From NCBI RefSeq assembly GCF_009914755.1, contig NC_060939.1: DNA of 64,000 nt; one strand, written 5' to 3'. Origin of the DNA: the human T2T-CHM13v2.0 reference genome, Homo sapiens. Positions within the stretch are counted from its first letter, which is position 1. The number at the start of each line of letters is the position of its first letter. The position numbers and the translations under genes are program-made. The notes under the pieces were generated by a model. It saw only the letters and a program-made list of their open reading frames with translations. It ran no database searches and was not told where the DNA came from. Below, one piece after another: positions 15,371 through 32,821 of the stretch.

Positions 15371-15924
15371 TTGGGAAGGCTAAGCTGCTAAATTTAAGGT
15401 TTTCCAAACATTTTGATTATGAGACTCTTCCTTCCTTATATAATTTCCAAAAATTCTTCAGGACTCAGTTTGGGAAATGCTGGCTCAAAATTTACTCATT
15501 TTGTGGATGTTTTGTTTCCTTACATCCTTCTGCATCTTAGATTATTCCTGTAACCTAGCAGGAATCGTGATCACAAATGAAGGAACTTGTAAATTATCTG
15601 ATGATGGACAGTTTGACAGATCAATAAGTGAGCCAGTCTTCCATAGAAACCAAGCTTATTCTGAAATCTCTGGATTTTCATATCAGCCAGCCTTCTGCCA
15701 TAATGCTCTCTTCTCTTGGCTGCTCAAGAAATTTTGTGGGGAGAGTAGTGTGATAAAAGTTGTATTTGAAGAATATTAATCTGTTGTCACTCATTTTAGA
15801 TTGGAGGGAGAAAAACATAGTGCTCTGGAGGCTTAGCATTTCTTTTCATTGCATTTTATGCAGTTCTTTCTGAAGACAAAAAGAATAATAAATCCTTAGA
15901 CTGTGCCAGGCATAAATCTAAGTG

Positions 15925-15926
<2 letters not shown>

Positions 15927-15960
<34 letters not shown>
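15927..15960. repeat. (AC)17 microsatellite inside a MIR relic
   Basis: Directly visible; flanks carry the MIR core CCCTATTTTGTAGATGAGCAAACTGAG. Confidence 0.9.
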
Positions 15961-15963
<3 letters not shown>

Positions 15964-18699
15964 TTAATCTTTACAATAACCTTATAAAGCAGACACTGTT
16001 GTTAGCCCTATTTTGTAGATGAGCAAACTGAGCTACAGAAAAAGCCAAAGTCACATAGCTAACAAAGAGTAAAACCAGGAGAGTAAATAGCAGTAGCTGG
16101 GTTTAATAAATGTGGAATGAATGTGTGGGTGAAAGCGTTGAGGAGTTAACAGAATGAATTCTGATAAGAGACTGTGATAAGAGTTAGAAAAGTGAGAAGA
16201 AATTACACATTTAGGTTAAGGACAACATCAGGAGTCAAAATGGGAAAGGAGTCCTCTCGTTAACCTGGACAGTATTCCAAAGAAATTACTCTTCAAATGA
16301 GAGAGTTTGAAGTAGAGGTAGTAAAGCAAGTGAAATTTACTCAAAATTACAGAAAATATGGCACATTCGGAAAGTTAACACATTTCTCTGCTGTTAAGAT
16401 CAAGCCCCTGTATTATTATCTGCTCTTATAAGTGGCGTTTGAAACAGATGCCATTTCAACTGCAAGGAGTTTACTGAGTGAGGCCCAAGAAATGTTTTCA
16501 ATTTGCTGGATGTTGTGACTTTGAGAATAGGAATGGCATCTGTATATGTAGAAAGGGTGCAGAATGTGTGGTGCCAAAGCCTCAGTGACACAGTTCTAAA
16601 CAAGACATCAGCCCGTATCTGAGTCTATCGGTACGCTCTTACCTAGCTTCTAGGTACCTAGCCCTCTGTGTTAGGTGCTAATGCCTAAATACCATTAATC
16701 AAAAATAGTACTAGAGCATATGCTAGTGCTAAGTATTAGGAACCCAAAATGAATAAAATATAATCTCTAATCTCAAAGATCTTCTAATCAAGTTGGAGGA
16801 AACTAACACAAACTTAACTTATACCCAGTATAGGATGATGATAATATGTGAATTGTATGATAAAAACCAACATAAATTTGTTTTACAAATGTACAAAATA
16901 AGATTGAGTAAGAATGACTCAATAGGGATTTAGGACCGGGGGAGGAATTTTAGGTGGCTGTAGATAGATAGGTAAACAGTAGATGATGAGGAGACAAGCA
17001 TTTCAAAAAGGAGGGGAAGCAACAGTACCAAATGCTGATAAAAAATCTGGGACACCGTGAAACAAACAAACAAAAGAGACTTTGAGTTTCCCCACTTAAA
17101 AAAGATTGTACTGACCTGGATTTATGAAACTAATTACCCACAGCATATAATGATAATTACAAATGTATTTCTTCTGAAAGCAGAGTCTACTCTTCGCTCT
17201 TCATGATTTAACTCCCCTAGTCTTACTACTTTGGGATTCTTTGGTCTTCTGAGTTTTAGAAACCTCTTAGGCTTCCGGTTCTTTTATTCCCAAGGTTGGC
17301 ATCAAGAAGCATTCTCAGTCATTTGTTCAGACAACATAGAGACTCTGCCTCCTTACTAGCTTAGAATTCTGGCCCTCTCTGACCTGTCTTTGACCTCAAA
17401 TAAGGTGCCAGTGTCTATCCAATTAGGTTCATCCCTGTGCTAAAGAGGTAGGCCCGGGCCAGCATCGTCTTTGCGCTGTATTTTTATCTGAGTACATAGC
17501 TCATGTATCGCAGCAGGCAAGCTGGTGCTGACATACAGCACACCCTGATTGCCATCAGTCTGCTCCCAGAACCATCTACCCAACCATCACAAGATATCAC
17601 TTTGGGGCTGACATCTTTGGGGCCAAGTCCCAGCCAGGAGATGTATGTCACCCAGGGATGACAGTCTGATCAAAATGCATGATGGATAGGGCATAACCAT
17701 CATCCCATCACTCATGAGCAAGGAGGCAAAAATTGTCAAGGTAGTAGTGTCAAGTGTGGGGAAGGTAATTTCTGACAGGTGATTAATGCCAAGGAGCCAG
17801 CAATCATCCAGGTACTGCCAAGAGAAATGGGCAGTTATATATATATATTTTTCTATGACAGTGCCTCTCTTCCCCCACTCTTGACCTCTGGTTTTACAAT
17901 ATGTTACATAAAATCTTCACAGATGACTTTTTCTTCACCAAATTCTAAATATTTTTGCCCGCAAATTCTAAAGCCTATATTACATACACTCTGTACACAC
18001 ACATTCACACAAAATGTAATTCTAACGAGATCCCATAGTCCCATCATCTTTTGCAAAACAACCGAAATAATCCCCAGTTAATGTTACTCTGATAGGTCAG
18101 TCTGTCTGGAGCCAAATCTGGGCTATAATGATGACCTGGAGCAAATGATTGTATCTCTGTGTTTAAGCTTCCTCGTCTGTGAAATGAGATTGTTTTGAGG
18201 ATTAAAGGAGGATCTCACCTTTGTGGTTTACAGTCAATGCTTAACAAGTGTTTGTTAGGTAATATTATTATTGTACTTCTGCTATGCTTGTTACATATGA
18301 GGGAAAATTTTCAAAACTGCAAAGATTTTGTGTAACAAAGGACAGTGGGAGGAGGCAGATATGATGAGCTAGAGCAAAGGATACTTGGACACTTGAATGG
18401 GCCTGGGTCCTTTGCGTTGGAACAGGGAGCAAAATAATAGCAGGAAGCAGGGAGCCAAAGCCACCCTTAAAACTGCTGGAAGCTGGTCCTCCTTTTTACG
18501 CAGGCCCATGTAGAGACCCCATTAGCTTATTCAGTTCATGGAGGACTTAGCAGAGGCAACAGAAATCCTGAAGGATGATCACAGGACTCGTTTGTGTGGC
18601 CCACAGTCATGTGTAGACTCCCAGTGAAAACATGTGTGGATATTCTGAGCATGCAGCACCCGGCAGGCAGCAGTGTGTCTCAGAATTCTGGCCTTCTCT

Positions 18700-19245
18700 G
18701 ACCTGTCTTGGCTTTAGGCAAGAGATAGAAGTCACATTGGTTATTTCAACAGAGAGAATTGAATACAAAGAATCGTTAACTTTGCTTTGAAGAATTAAAA
18801 AGGCAAGAAAGAAATCCAAGGTACTACAGAAGTAGCAACCAAGTCCCTGTGGACTTGGGAACAAGGGGAAGCAGAGGTTACAATTATTCAAACTTAGGCC
18901 TCTGGGGTGGAGCACCCCTCAGCTGGTGCTGAGATTTTTGACTAGGTGTGATGTGGCTGCTTTTCAAATGTTGGAAAAATTGATGGCAAATGGGATTCAG
19001 CTGCTGCTTCTAGACGAACACTTACTGGGGTGAAGAAATGAGGCTGGGGTGCTGCTGACAAGAGACAGTAAGGAGCAAGTCCCTTCTCCATCCCAGAGCC
19101 TCACAGGCTCTGTCTGGTGCATCTTATTGGATGCATTTTACAAGGGCCTGTGGCCAAGCAGTAACAAAGTTTACATGGTCTCAGCTCCTGGCTCATACAA
19201 AGCAGGATATAGAAGGCTGGGTGTGGAACTGAGAGGAAGCAGCTG
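18700..19245. mobile_element. Ancient MaLR/ERVL LTR relic
   Basis: CAAGAGATAGAAGTCACATTGGTTATTTCAACAGAGAGAATTGAATACAAAGAAT... resembles old MLT1-class LTRs. Confidence 0.4.
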
Positions 19246-19495
19246 AATCGAATCTACTCCTTCACCTCCCCAATAAACGCTGACTACCTACTGTGTGTCA
19301 AACATTGAAGGCTAAGAAGCACTACTTTGTCCTCTAGGGACTCAGGGAAGGAGAAGGAGAGTAAAGGAAACAGAAAGTGTGACTTGGGCTGTGACTGAGA
19401 AATATAGAACCTAAAGTAGAGCACCTCATTCAGCCCGAGGAGGAAGGATGGATGGGGAGAGAACAGCCCAGAGCTGAAAGTTAAAAATGAGTGGG

Positions 19496-20306
<811 letters not shown>

Positions 20307-20569
20307 CACTAGATGAAGGAGGAGAGGAAAGTCTGTAGATCCTGATACACCGAACAAGTCAGGAGGAGCCTTATATGCCAAATATGGAATTGGGATTTTT
20401 CTCCTGAAGGCAATGAGAAAATACCAAGAATTTTAACCTGACATAATCAGATTCGTGTTTTGATAAAAACATTTTGAACATGGTTAGAATGGCATCTGAA
20501 TGGCCATTGGGAAAACACTGCTGTAGGCTAGAATTGTTAAATTTAGTTTGCGTAATTAATATACGTACA

Positions 20570-21640
20570 AAAGAAAGATAATAATAAAAAGTAGACAGTG
20601 AGAAATCTCACTCTCCTGCCTCCTAGCAATAACCATTTTTATTTTCTTCATGCTTTCCTTGTTGCTTTATTTCAACACAAGTAAATATGAGCATTTATTT
20701 TTATTTTCCACCCCTTTTTCACAGTCTTTTCTTATTTGAAACAATGCTAGAGGAAAGAGGCTCCAAAGTGGGATTTCCGGGTCAAGGGTCAATGGATAAA
20801 TGCTTCAGTAATCTTGGTAGATGTTTCCAGATTTGGTGGCTATTTTTTTCTTTTTAGATGTTGTACCATTTTGTACTCACACCAGCGTTATGGGTCAGTG
20901 TCGCTACCCACAGCCTGGCCAACAAAGCATGCTGTAAAAACTTTGGGATTTTTTTGCCGCTCGATAGTTGAGAAAATGGAATGTCAATGTAGTCTTTAAT
21001 TATGAGTGAAATTGTGCTTTTGTTTCAGGTATTTAAGGGCCGTTTACATTTCATTTTCTTTGGTCTATTAATGTTTTTAAAGCGTTTTTCTATTCGGTTG
21101 TTCCTCATTTATTTTCTTATTCCTAAGACTCGCAAATATTTTTTCTCAGTTAGTTGTACCTTTTTGAAGGTTTTGGTTTTTGTTTCGTTTGCCATATGAG
21201 TCATAGTTTTATACTGTCAGGTTATTAAACAATTCATACACGTTTTCTATAAATACATTTATAATTTCATTTTTACATTTAAAACTTTGATGCATTTGGA
21301 GTTTGTACTGGTATAAATACAATGTTTCCCTTTCCAAATGGCTATCCAGTGATCCTAACACCTTTTATTAAAATGTCGATCTTTACCTCACCGGTTTAAT
21401 GTTTCACTATTATCATATTATATGTCATATTATTAATTATTCTATTATAAATTTTATATTATCATATTATAAATTTCCCTATATATTTGGGTTTCCTTTA
21501 GGAAATGTGTTTATTAATCTGTTTATCTATTCCTGAGTCAATAAGTTTTACTTATCCATGCTTTATATAATATTTTAATATCAAATGTTAATTGTACTAC
21601 TAATTACTATTCTTTTTTTAAGAATTTCAGGTATGACTTG
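20570..21640 (-). mobile_element. Ancient L1M (L1ME-like) relic
   Basis: T-rich degenerate antisense ORF2/3' sequence (TGTACCATTTTGTACTCACACCAGC...TTTCCAAATGGCTATCCAGT). Confidence 0.65.
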
Positions 21641-23488
21641 TTCTCAGCGAACCAATTTCTTCTGTAAGGTTTAGCGTCATAAATGCCAAAATGTCTCTTT
21701 TACATATTTTTCTGAAATGGTTTACATATTACCCTAGTTTTTGAATAGAAATTATTATATAATATATATCTTTCATAATGACTCAGAGTCTTTATTATGA
21801 ACATTAACTCACAATTTATTAAACAAAATAAAACTTTCAGACATAAAGGTCTATTTGACTCTATGTTAAGTGGCCCCAGATTGCAAATTTGCAGAAGCTG
21901 TGTACAGCTCTATCTCCTCCCTTGCTCCTGGTTGCTTTTAGGAGACCTGCCCGGAGCCTCTCTGCCCTCTTCTAACTGCGATCTAAGTGGATGGCTAAAG
22001 AATTCTCTGATGAAGAAAGTGGACGAGCTCCTGAGTGCTCATTCATACATACCCTGTTTGGGTTCTAGCTCTGTAGCAACTCAACAAACCCTGACCTGAC
22101 TTTATCTTCTCTTTAGATAGATTTATCAGGATAATCATTGTATCTGTCCAGATTTGGGTACCTTTATGCTACATTAATGATGTCTCTCTTTCCTGAATTT
22201 CCTTCTTTTCAGGTTCCAGTTTATGAATTCAGGTGCCATTCAGGTTGTACTTACTAACCTGTTGCCACCACCAGCACTGTATCCCATCCCACTGTATACC
22301 TGACTCTAATCTCCCTAAATACTAAGACCTGTATCAGCTCATAGCAGAGGCTCAATATTTCCTACATTTGAACAGTTTTATGGAATATAAATATGAAAAC
22401 TAACTATAATCAAACCTGCTGAGTCTGACTACCAATTGTTCCAGATGCACAAAAGTGGGTAAGAAGTCTCAAGACAGGGATATTTAGAAGTGTCTCAGTC
22501 CTGCTGTCTCAGACAGTTAGTTGGAATGACCCTTCCTCTTCTATGTGCATTGTAACTGCACTTAGGAACTTCCTTTACATTTACCCAATATCCCTGTATT
22601 ATTACTAGGGTTCAGGGCTCTGTCTACAAAAGGCCTTCAAAAGGGGTCACTTTAACTTCTGCCAACACTCCTCACCCTGGCTGGTTCCTTGTCTCTTCTG
22701 CAATTTTCTTTGCTGCAGTTTCATCAAACACAATCCACTGACGCTGTCTCCTCCCTGTGCATTTACTCCTTTCCAGCTTAGACACCACCATGTTCCCTTT
22801 GGCTCTCAGCTGTTTCTTTGGGGCTGCCTGCCCTCCCAAGACCAGACACTTGGCTCCCAGTCCTCTCACAGTCTCTTTACCTACTATCTGCCCCGTGGGA
22901 GACTGATTGTACTGTTATGTCTTTCTCTTTCTCACTCTCTATATCATAAAAGAGTTATTTACTTGAATAGGAGGCCCATTGCCCCAGGAGACAGACCAGA
23001 CATCCTTTCTATGGTACTTCAAGTTTTCTCATTTTTCGTTTAGTAAAACAGCAGGATCCTGAGGCTGGTTTTTAAACATGTTACTCTCCAGATGAGTTTC
23101 TTTGGCCTTAGTGGCCTCTGTTTGGACTGCTTTTCTTTATTTTCTTTTATTATCTCTTCAATGACAGAGTTGCAAGTATCACTAAATTGTACTTTCCCAC
23201 AGCAATGCCCTGGTTTCTGTGTCTAATGCCTTAATAATAATGGGCTTCAATACTTGATCACCAACAGTACCAAGGGTTTTCCTGGATCCCATATTCTCTT
23301 CTCAAATTCTAGGCTTCACATTTGCTCCAGACTTCGCTTTAGAGACATAGCTTGCTTTTTGATTCTCAGGTAACCTAATAGCAATTAAATCAGTTTAGCT
23401 GATTCAAAACTGATTTTGATTGATAGATGACGGATGGGTGGATAGATGACAGATAGATAGCCAGCCAGACAGATAAGTTTCTCTAAAT

Positions 23489-23706
23489 TAGGGTTTCTCA
23501 ACATTAGAACTATTGATATTTTGGACGGGATAACTATTTGTTGTGAGAGGTTGTTCTGTTTATTACAGGATGTTTAAGAGCATCTCTGGCTCCTCTCTAC
23601 CTACTAGAGAGTAGTATTTGCCCTATCAAGTTAGACAGCTGAAAATGTCTTCAGGTATTGCCATATGTTACCGGGTGGCAAAATCACTCCCACTTAAGAA
23701 TCACTG
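23489..23706 (-). mobile_element. MER20 (hAT-Charlie), full length
   Basis: 218 bp, MER20-like sequence, perfect 8-bp TSD CTCTAAAT at 23481-23488 and 23707-23714. Confidence 0.88.
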
Positions 23707-25009
23707 CTCTAAATCCATTAGACTCCCAGTTATTAGTAAATAATCATGACAAAATCATTAATATCTTTAAAGCTAATGTAATTAAGTGAATACTGTAGGC
23801 CAGGCCCTTTGGAAAGTACTTTTATACATAAACTTGTTCCAAGCTTAAAACAACTCTATGAATTAAGTATGAGGAAAAAAGGATTTTAAAGTCACAAAGC
23901 TAGCAAATGGTGGAGCTCTTTTGTTTAAACCATTAATCAATTCCAAAGCTCATGCTGTTTACAATTATCTTATACATTTTACACCTTGTCTTCTATGACA
24001 TAGCTATTTCTATCGATATGGACATTTGGCTTAGAAGATGAAGGGTTTTTTTTTTTAATCATTTTTTCAAGTTCATGAGTACTGAGAGTGAGCATGGTGC
24101 TTTGTCCATAGTAGACATCGAGGAACGTTTGTTGAACTGAGTACTTTTTAATTTGTTCTGAAAATGAAACATTCCTATTGTTGCGCTTTGCACACAGTAG
24201 GTTCTTAATAACTATTTTCCAAATGAATATACTATAATCCAGAAAAAACAGATGGCTCACCCTCTATTTGTTTTCTGTATTCTTCTGAACTTTTATAATG
24301 GGGGGTAGGGGAGTGATGGGATTCATCTTTAGATAGTATTTGTATTCCTTTTTATCTGTTGACTTTGACCATTCTGAATCTTTTTCTTGTATTTATTATT
24401 TTCTTTCCAATCCAGTCTTGATCAACAATCATAACCAGAGTAATGTTGCATTACTCGGCACCATATTCTGTGGAAGTAGAGCCATATTACAGATACTATT
24501 TAATTTATCCTCTAATTCTTTAGTAAGAAGAGTAGGGGATATTATTTTTTCCTTTTAGTAGACAGGGTTAATTGGAGACATCAAATAACTGACACACCCA
24601 AAGATTATTAAATCAAATCCTTGACTCCTAATCCATAGAATTGCCATTACTAAAGTAAACTTCTCTGTTAAGAAACAATAGAACTCCACTCTCAAACCCC
24701 TCCCACCATCCAATTTAATCAATGAACACAGACTGTTTCCTATAGACATACCCTGTGGAAGTGGAGGAAAGCACAATTATTTTGTGCCTGTGTGATCCTG
24801 ACTACTCTGCCTGTCACTTTAAATTTAAGTTTGTAAGCCTACTCGGAAGTAGGTATTAAATGTATCTCCATTTTTAAATATGGGGCTTAAAAATTTTAAG
24901 AAACCTGCCCCAAATCTACAGCTAGAAAGTAGCAGTACCAGGTATTAAAAATGGCTGTGGTTTCAAAGGAAATTCTACTGTTGCTATTTTTAATTTAACT
25001 CACACAAAC

Positions 25010-25362
25010 TGATATGGTTTGGGTGTGTCCCCACCCAAATCTCACCTTGAATTGTAGCTCCCATAATTTCCATGTGTCATGGGAGGGACCCAGTGGGAGA
25101 TAATTGAATCATGGGAGCAGGTCTTTGCTATGCTGTTCTTATGATAAAGACTAAGTCTCACAAGATCTGATGGTTTTATAAAGGTGAGTTTCCCTGTACA
25201 CACTCTCTTGCCTGCTGCCATATAAGACGTGACTTTGCTCTCCACCATGATTGTGAGGTCTCTGCAGCCATGTGGAACTATGAGTCAATTAAACCTCTTT
25301 CTTTGATAAATTACCCAGGCTCGGGTATGTCTTTATTAGCAACGTGAGAACAGACTAATACA
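25010..25362 (+). mobile_element. THE1 (C/D-like) solo LTR
   Basis: TGATATGGTTTGGGTGTGTCCCCACCCAAATCTC...CAGACTAATACA, TG..CA ends, perfect 5-bp TSD CAAAC. Confidence 0.92.
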
Positions 25363-26801
25363 CAAACCCTTCTCTAAATAAAAAGCAGTCAAAATAAATC
25401 AGTGCTTAAATAAGATTTCTCAATTCCCCACTGCTGTTTAAGAACCAGCCCTCCCATTGAAGCACAAAGAGAGGTAGGAGAGTTTATCTTTAGGGTCCAC
25501 ATGTTGAACATAGGAAAGGAGAGCATAAACTAAGCAGGCTCGGGAGGGCTATAAGATGGACACATACTTCCTCTTGCCTTCTCCCCAAGAATACCAAGAA
25601 TTGTGGACTGTTACAACCCTGTATGGAAGGGTTGCCACCTTGAACTCCAGAGGCTGTTATACTTTTTAGTGGAGAAGTGATCCCAGGAGGCTGCACATGG
25701 TGCTTTGGGATTCTTAGAGATGAAAAGTACTATATACATGTCAGATATTATTACACAGCACTTATAAAAAATGTTTCCACTTATTGGTGTGGACTCACTG
25801 TTGAACAGTTTAGAGTTGATAGTTATTGCTAGTAATAGCAGTCAGAATAGCAGTATAAATGGCCCTTTTTGCTGTACTTTGCTCCATATTTTACTGTTTT
25901 TTTTTTTTTCCTCTATAATCCAGGGTGGCCTAGAACAAGAGGGAAAAAATATTTGCTGACAAGGTTTAAAAATAGAAAAATGACTGCTTTTTTATTGTGG
26001 TCAAGATCAACAGCAAGGGAGGAATTTACATGAGTGTATCATACACAAATTTAGGCCACAGGAAGTTTTTAAAAAATTATAAGAATATGACATTTTTACT
26101 TTTAAAATTCATATTATAATGTAAATCCTACCATCTTTTTACAGTGTGACCTTTGTAATTGGAAACATGCACCTTTTTTAAGCAGATAATGCCATAATAG
26201 GAGGCTGGTATGTTTTTAATCTAACTTTAAACTCTTTAAAGACAATTGTCTGGTCCCTGAATTATTTGGTTTGGTCAATTGTGCTAACCACCAATGCCCA
26301 TTGGCCCTCCTATTTATTCTTCTGGCTTCTGTAGGAAGCCACTTGAGAGACATGCCCATCACCTTATCTTCATGTCATTGAATTCTTCACAATCAGCTCC
26401 TGCTCAGCCAAGCAAATAGTGCTACCTCAAGCAGCAAAATATCCCTATTCTTCTCACTTTGGTTTGGCTACAGCCTGGATTTTTTGCTCTAATGTTATGA
26501 AAACCTCAATATAGCAAAGAAATGAGATTTTCCTCTCTTCTCTGAGACTTGACAAAAGCTATTCTTCCTGCTCATATGTACTGGCCACCACTTTTCAATT
26601 ACAAACTACTGTCATCTACATAAGCTTATATAATTCTCAAAACTTCTTGAATTAAACATGATTTCTACTTTTCAGAGAGGGAAACCGAATTCTGAGAGGT
26701 TAAATACAATGCCCCAAGTATACACAACCATTACATCAAGTCAGAACTTGATTTCAACTTCAGGCCTCTTGATTTCAAATTCTAGGAGCTTTCCTTTATG
26801 T

Positions 26802-27009
26802 GAGGAGTTGGAACACTTTCACACTTTCTGTAAATAACTAGATAGTAAATATTTTCAGCTTTGCAGCCCATAGGGTTTCTGTTGCAACTACTCAACTCTG
26901 CCCTTTAGAGAGAAAGCAGTCATAAACAATATGTAAACAAATGTCTGTGTTCTGATAAAACTTTATTTAAAAACCAGGCAGCTGCTGGGTTACAGTTTGC
27001 CAGCCTCTG
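26802..27009. mobile_element. MER58A-like hAT MITE
   Basis: GATAGTAAATATTTTCAGCTTTGCAGCCCATA...GTTGCAACTACTCAACTCTGCC...ATAAAACTTTATTTA. Confidence 0.75.
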
Positions 27010-27189
27010 CCGTATATGGCGCTTTCTCTGTAACTCTATTCCGTTTGGGATTTAGTTATGGACTCCCTCTTCTCGCTAAATTTTTACATAGTTTATTTAC
27101 AAAGATTAGAAAGGAAGAGAAAATAACTCTATGCGGCCCCCTAACCTAAGCTACTAGCTGACAACATTTTCCAGTATAATAGTCAATTT

Positions 27190-27410
27190 ATGGTGCAGAA
27201 ACAGTACTGGACTTAGAGTGAAAAACTTGGATTTGAAATTGGGATCTATACATTAATAACTTCAGAGCTGTGTGAGTTTGAGGACACCACTAACTTCTCT
27301 GAGACCCAGGCTAATGGAGAAATGATTTGAAAAGTTATTTCATGGGTGCTTATAAGGATGAAATGTGGTGCATGTGGCAGTGATGAAATCAGTACCTGCT
27401 ACAGAGTAGG
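27190..27410 (+). mobile_element. MIR relic
   Basis: AGCTGTGTGAGTTTGAGGACACCACTAACTTCTCTGAGACCCAG...TAAGGATGAAATG. Confidence 0.55.
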
Positions 27411-27743
27411 CTCTTATTTTAGCCAGTTCAGGCTCCTATAAAAAACATCATAAACCGGTTATTTTATAAACATCAGAAATTTATTTCCTACAGTTCTGAA
27501 GGCTGGAAAGTCCAAGATCAAGGCATCAGCCTATTCAGTGTCTGGTGAGGTCCTGCTTCCTGGTTCATAGATGGCAAAAGAGCTCTGTGGGGTTTCTTTT
27601 ATAAAGGGACTAATGTCATTAATGGCGTATCTGCCCCCCATAATCTAATAATCTTTCAAAGGCCCAACCTCCAAATACACTCACAATGGGGATCAGGTTT
27701 CAACATATGAGTTTTGGGGGACACAAACATTTAGTCTCTAATA
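27411..27743 (-). mobile_element. MLT1A-type MaLR LTR
   Basis: CAGTTCTGAAGGCTGGAAAGTCCAAGATCAAGG...TTTCAACATATGAGTTTTGGGGGACACAAACATT. Confidence 0.8.
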
Positions 27744-28059
27744 GTCTTCAATAAAAGACTATTGAATCTCTGTATTAACATAATGGGAGCCTTCTGTTTT
27801 AAGATTCCAGGGTTTAGATAAAGAAATATGAAGATGATATTGGTTAGGTCATTTCATGTATGTTTGTGAAGTCATTAGTTTATTAAATCCAAATAGAATT
27901 TGGGGCAAATAAAAGATTGCTGTTTATAGAGTTTGGTGGTTATATATTACTATATTCCCACTACAAATGGTGTTTCAGCTATTGATTTTAATCAGAGGTG
28001 TGGTAGCCTTTGTGGTTGTTTTTTCCAGCTTTCATTCTACTCTGAGATAATTAATCTAA

Positions 28060-28475
28060 GAGAATCCTGTAATCCTATTTGTCTTGCCAGTGATTGGTTT
28101 AAGGATAAGCAGAACTCCATTTCTGGTCATTAAGATAAAAGAAGGATTCTACTGTTGAGGGCTTCTGGAAAAAGTTTTCTCTCTCTTAAGAAAAAGGCAT
28201 GTAAAGAGACTGCTCTTTTCTTCTTCCATACATCCTTCTTGCTGGAGGTTTTTTTCCAGGATAGAAACAGCCATCTTGCAACCAGGAAGGGGCCAACTGA
28301 GGGCAAAGCTGACACACAGAGGATGGCAGAGCAGGATGGAAAAAACTGGAACTTTTGATGGCCCTGTTGAGATTCTGAAGCAACCAACATGGGAATCTTG
28401 TTATGTTAGGTATCAAGATCATCCAAGGTATTGTTTAAGCCCATTTGATTGGATATTTGATTTTTTCCCATCCTA
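28060..28475 (+). mobile_element. Old MLT1 (J/K/L-like) LTR relic
   Basis: CCAGTGATTGGTTTAAGGAT...CAGCCATCTTGCAACCA...GGATGGCAGAGCAG. Confidence 0.55.
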
Positions 28476-28694
28476 ACAGGATTGTTGTCTTGATTCTGCC
28501 ACTCTGATTAACTGAATGATTTCCAGAGAATCATCTAACTTTGCTGATTTTTAGTATTTCTATTCATATAATGAGGGAGCCAGATAGAAAAATTAAACCT
28601 TAAATATATTTCCGTCTTTTAATAATCTGTAGACTTATGATAATGCACAGAAATGTCTTTTTAATTCTTTTTCACAACACGTTTTAGTCTAGAT

Positions 28695-28996
28695 CTGTTC
28701 TGTACAATACGTTAGCTATTAGCCACATGTAGCTTGTCCAGGTTGAGTTGTTCTATAAGTGGAAAATATGTACAGGGTTTTGAAGACTTAGCATGAACAA
28801 AGGTAGTGTAAAATATCTCATGAATCATTTTTATATTGCTTATATATTGAAATGATAAAGTTTTGGTTACATAGGGTAAAGTAAAATATATTATTAAATT
28901 GATTTCACCTATTTTAAAAAACTTTTTAATGTGACTACTAGAAGATTTATAATTGCATTTATGTTCACATTACTATATTTCAGTTGGGTAGTACTG
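28695..28996. mobile_element. MER33-like hAT MITE
   Basis: Perfect 8-bp TSD GTCTAGAT at 28687-28694 and 28997-29004; MER3/33-like body. Confidence 0.8.
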
Positions 28997-29643
28997 GTCT
29001 AGATTGTACTGTGTGTACTACAGCTCAGCAAAAGCACTCTCACAGAGGTCAAACTAGATTAAATCTTAACAAATAATTTATTAATACAAAAACCTACAGA
29101 ATTTGCTCCTACACCTTATTTCAAGGACAAGAGATAACTATTCTTTCTTTTATTGCAATTAATCTTCTCATTCTAACAAAAGAAGTTTGTGAAATCTCAA
29201 CCTAGGAGCAGGTTGAATATGGCATTTGGCATAAGTAGAATAGAAACCTGAAAGAAAATTCTCTTAAATGTTGAAATACTGAGAAACTGCAGGTAGATGC
29301 AAGTTTGTCTTATCTTCTCATCAGTGGAAGACATTCAGGTTCTGATGATGAGGATGCTCTCTCAGTACAAAGAAACAAATGGTGGAGGAGCAGTTTCCAG
29401 GGAATGTGCACCTACAGCGAGCTCTGTTTCAGGTCAGGCTCTCTCAACTTTGCGTCCTTGTGCCCATCATGCTCAGACCACTGACGTGGCTTCAGGATCT
29501 AACTTCCCCTTTTTGGCATATACCATGTAGTAGATGACCACCTACTCAGCCTTACACACAATGTCTATGAATATAAGCAGCTGCAGGCTGCTGACTTTCT
29601 ACTTAGCTACTGAATTTCCACATTTTGTACTTTTACTCTAGAT

Positions 29644-29753
29644 CAGGATTTAGCAAACTATAGCCTACAGGCCAAATCTGGTGCATCACTTGGGCCTGGA
29701 AGCCTAATATATTTACTGTCTGGACCTTTGTAGAGAAAGCTTGCTGACCTGTG
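29644..29753. mobile_element. Short MER58-type hAT MITE
   Basis: CAGGATTTAGCAAAC...GCTTGCTGACCTGTG, TSD (C/T)TCTAGAT. Confidence 0.7.
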
Positions 29754-29780
29754 TTCTAGATATCTTTAAATGAAAATGAC

Positions 29781-29920
29781 AGGGAGAGAGAGAGAGAGAG
29801 GAGAAGAAGACAGACAGAGAGGCAGAGAGAGGGAGAGAAGCAAGAGAGAAAGAAAGAAAGAAAAAGAAAAGAAAAGGAAAAGAAAAGAAAGGAAGGAAGG
29901 AAAAGAAAGAAAGAGACAGA
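29781..29920. repeat. GA-rich low-complexity purine tract
   Basis: Directly visible. Confidence 0.9.
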
Positions 29921-30203
29921 ATCGATTTTATGAGCAAAGAAGATCCAACCAGGTTACTAGAGAGTACTAGATAGTTAGCTGCTACTGTATTTAAGTTCAT
30001 GCTTAAGACAATGTGCTATAGAACTTTTCACCTCACCCTGGACCAGACCAGTGCCAGAATAGGGTTACAGTTGGTATCCCTGATATCATTCAAGACTTAA
30101 ATAGCAACTTACTTATCTCAGTAACTCTGTATCTTTTATTGGTTGATTTAAGTTTTATACTTTTTATTTACTTTTTTCTTTTTTAAAGATATCTTTGTTT
30201 TTT

Positions 30204-32821
<2,618 letters not shown>

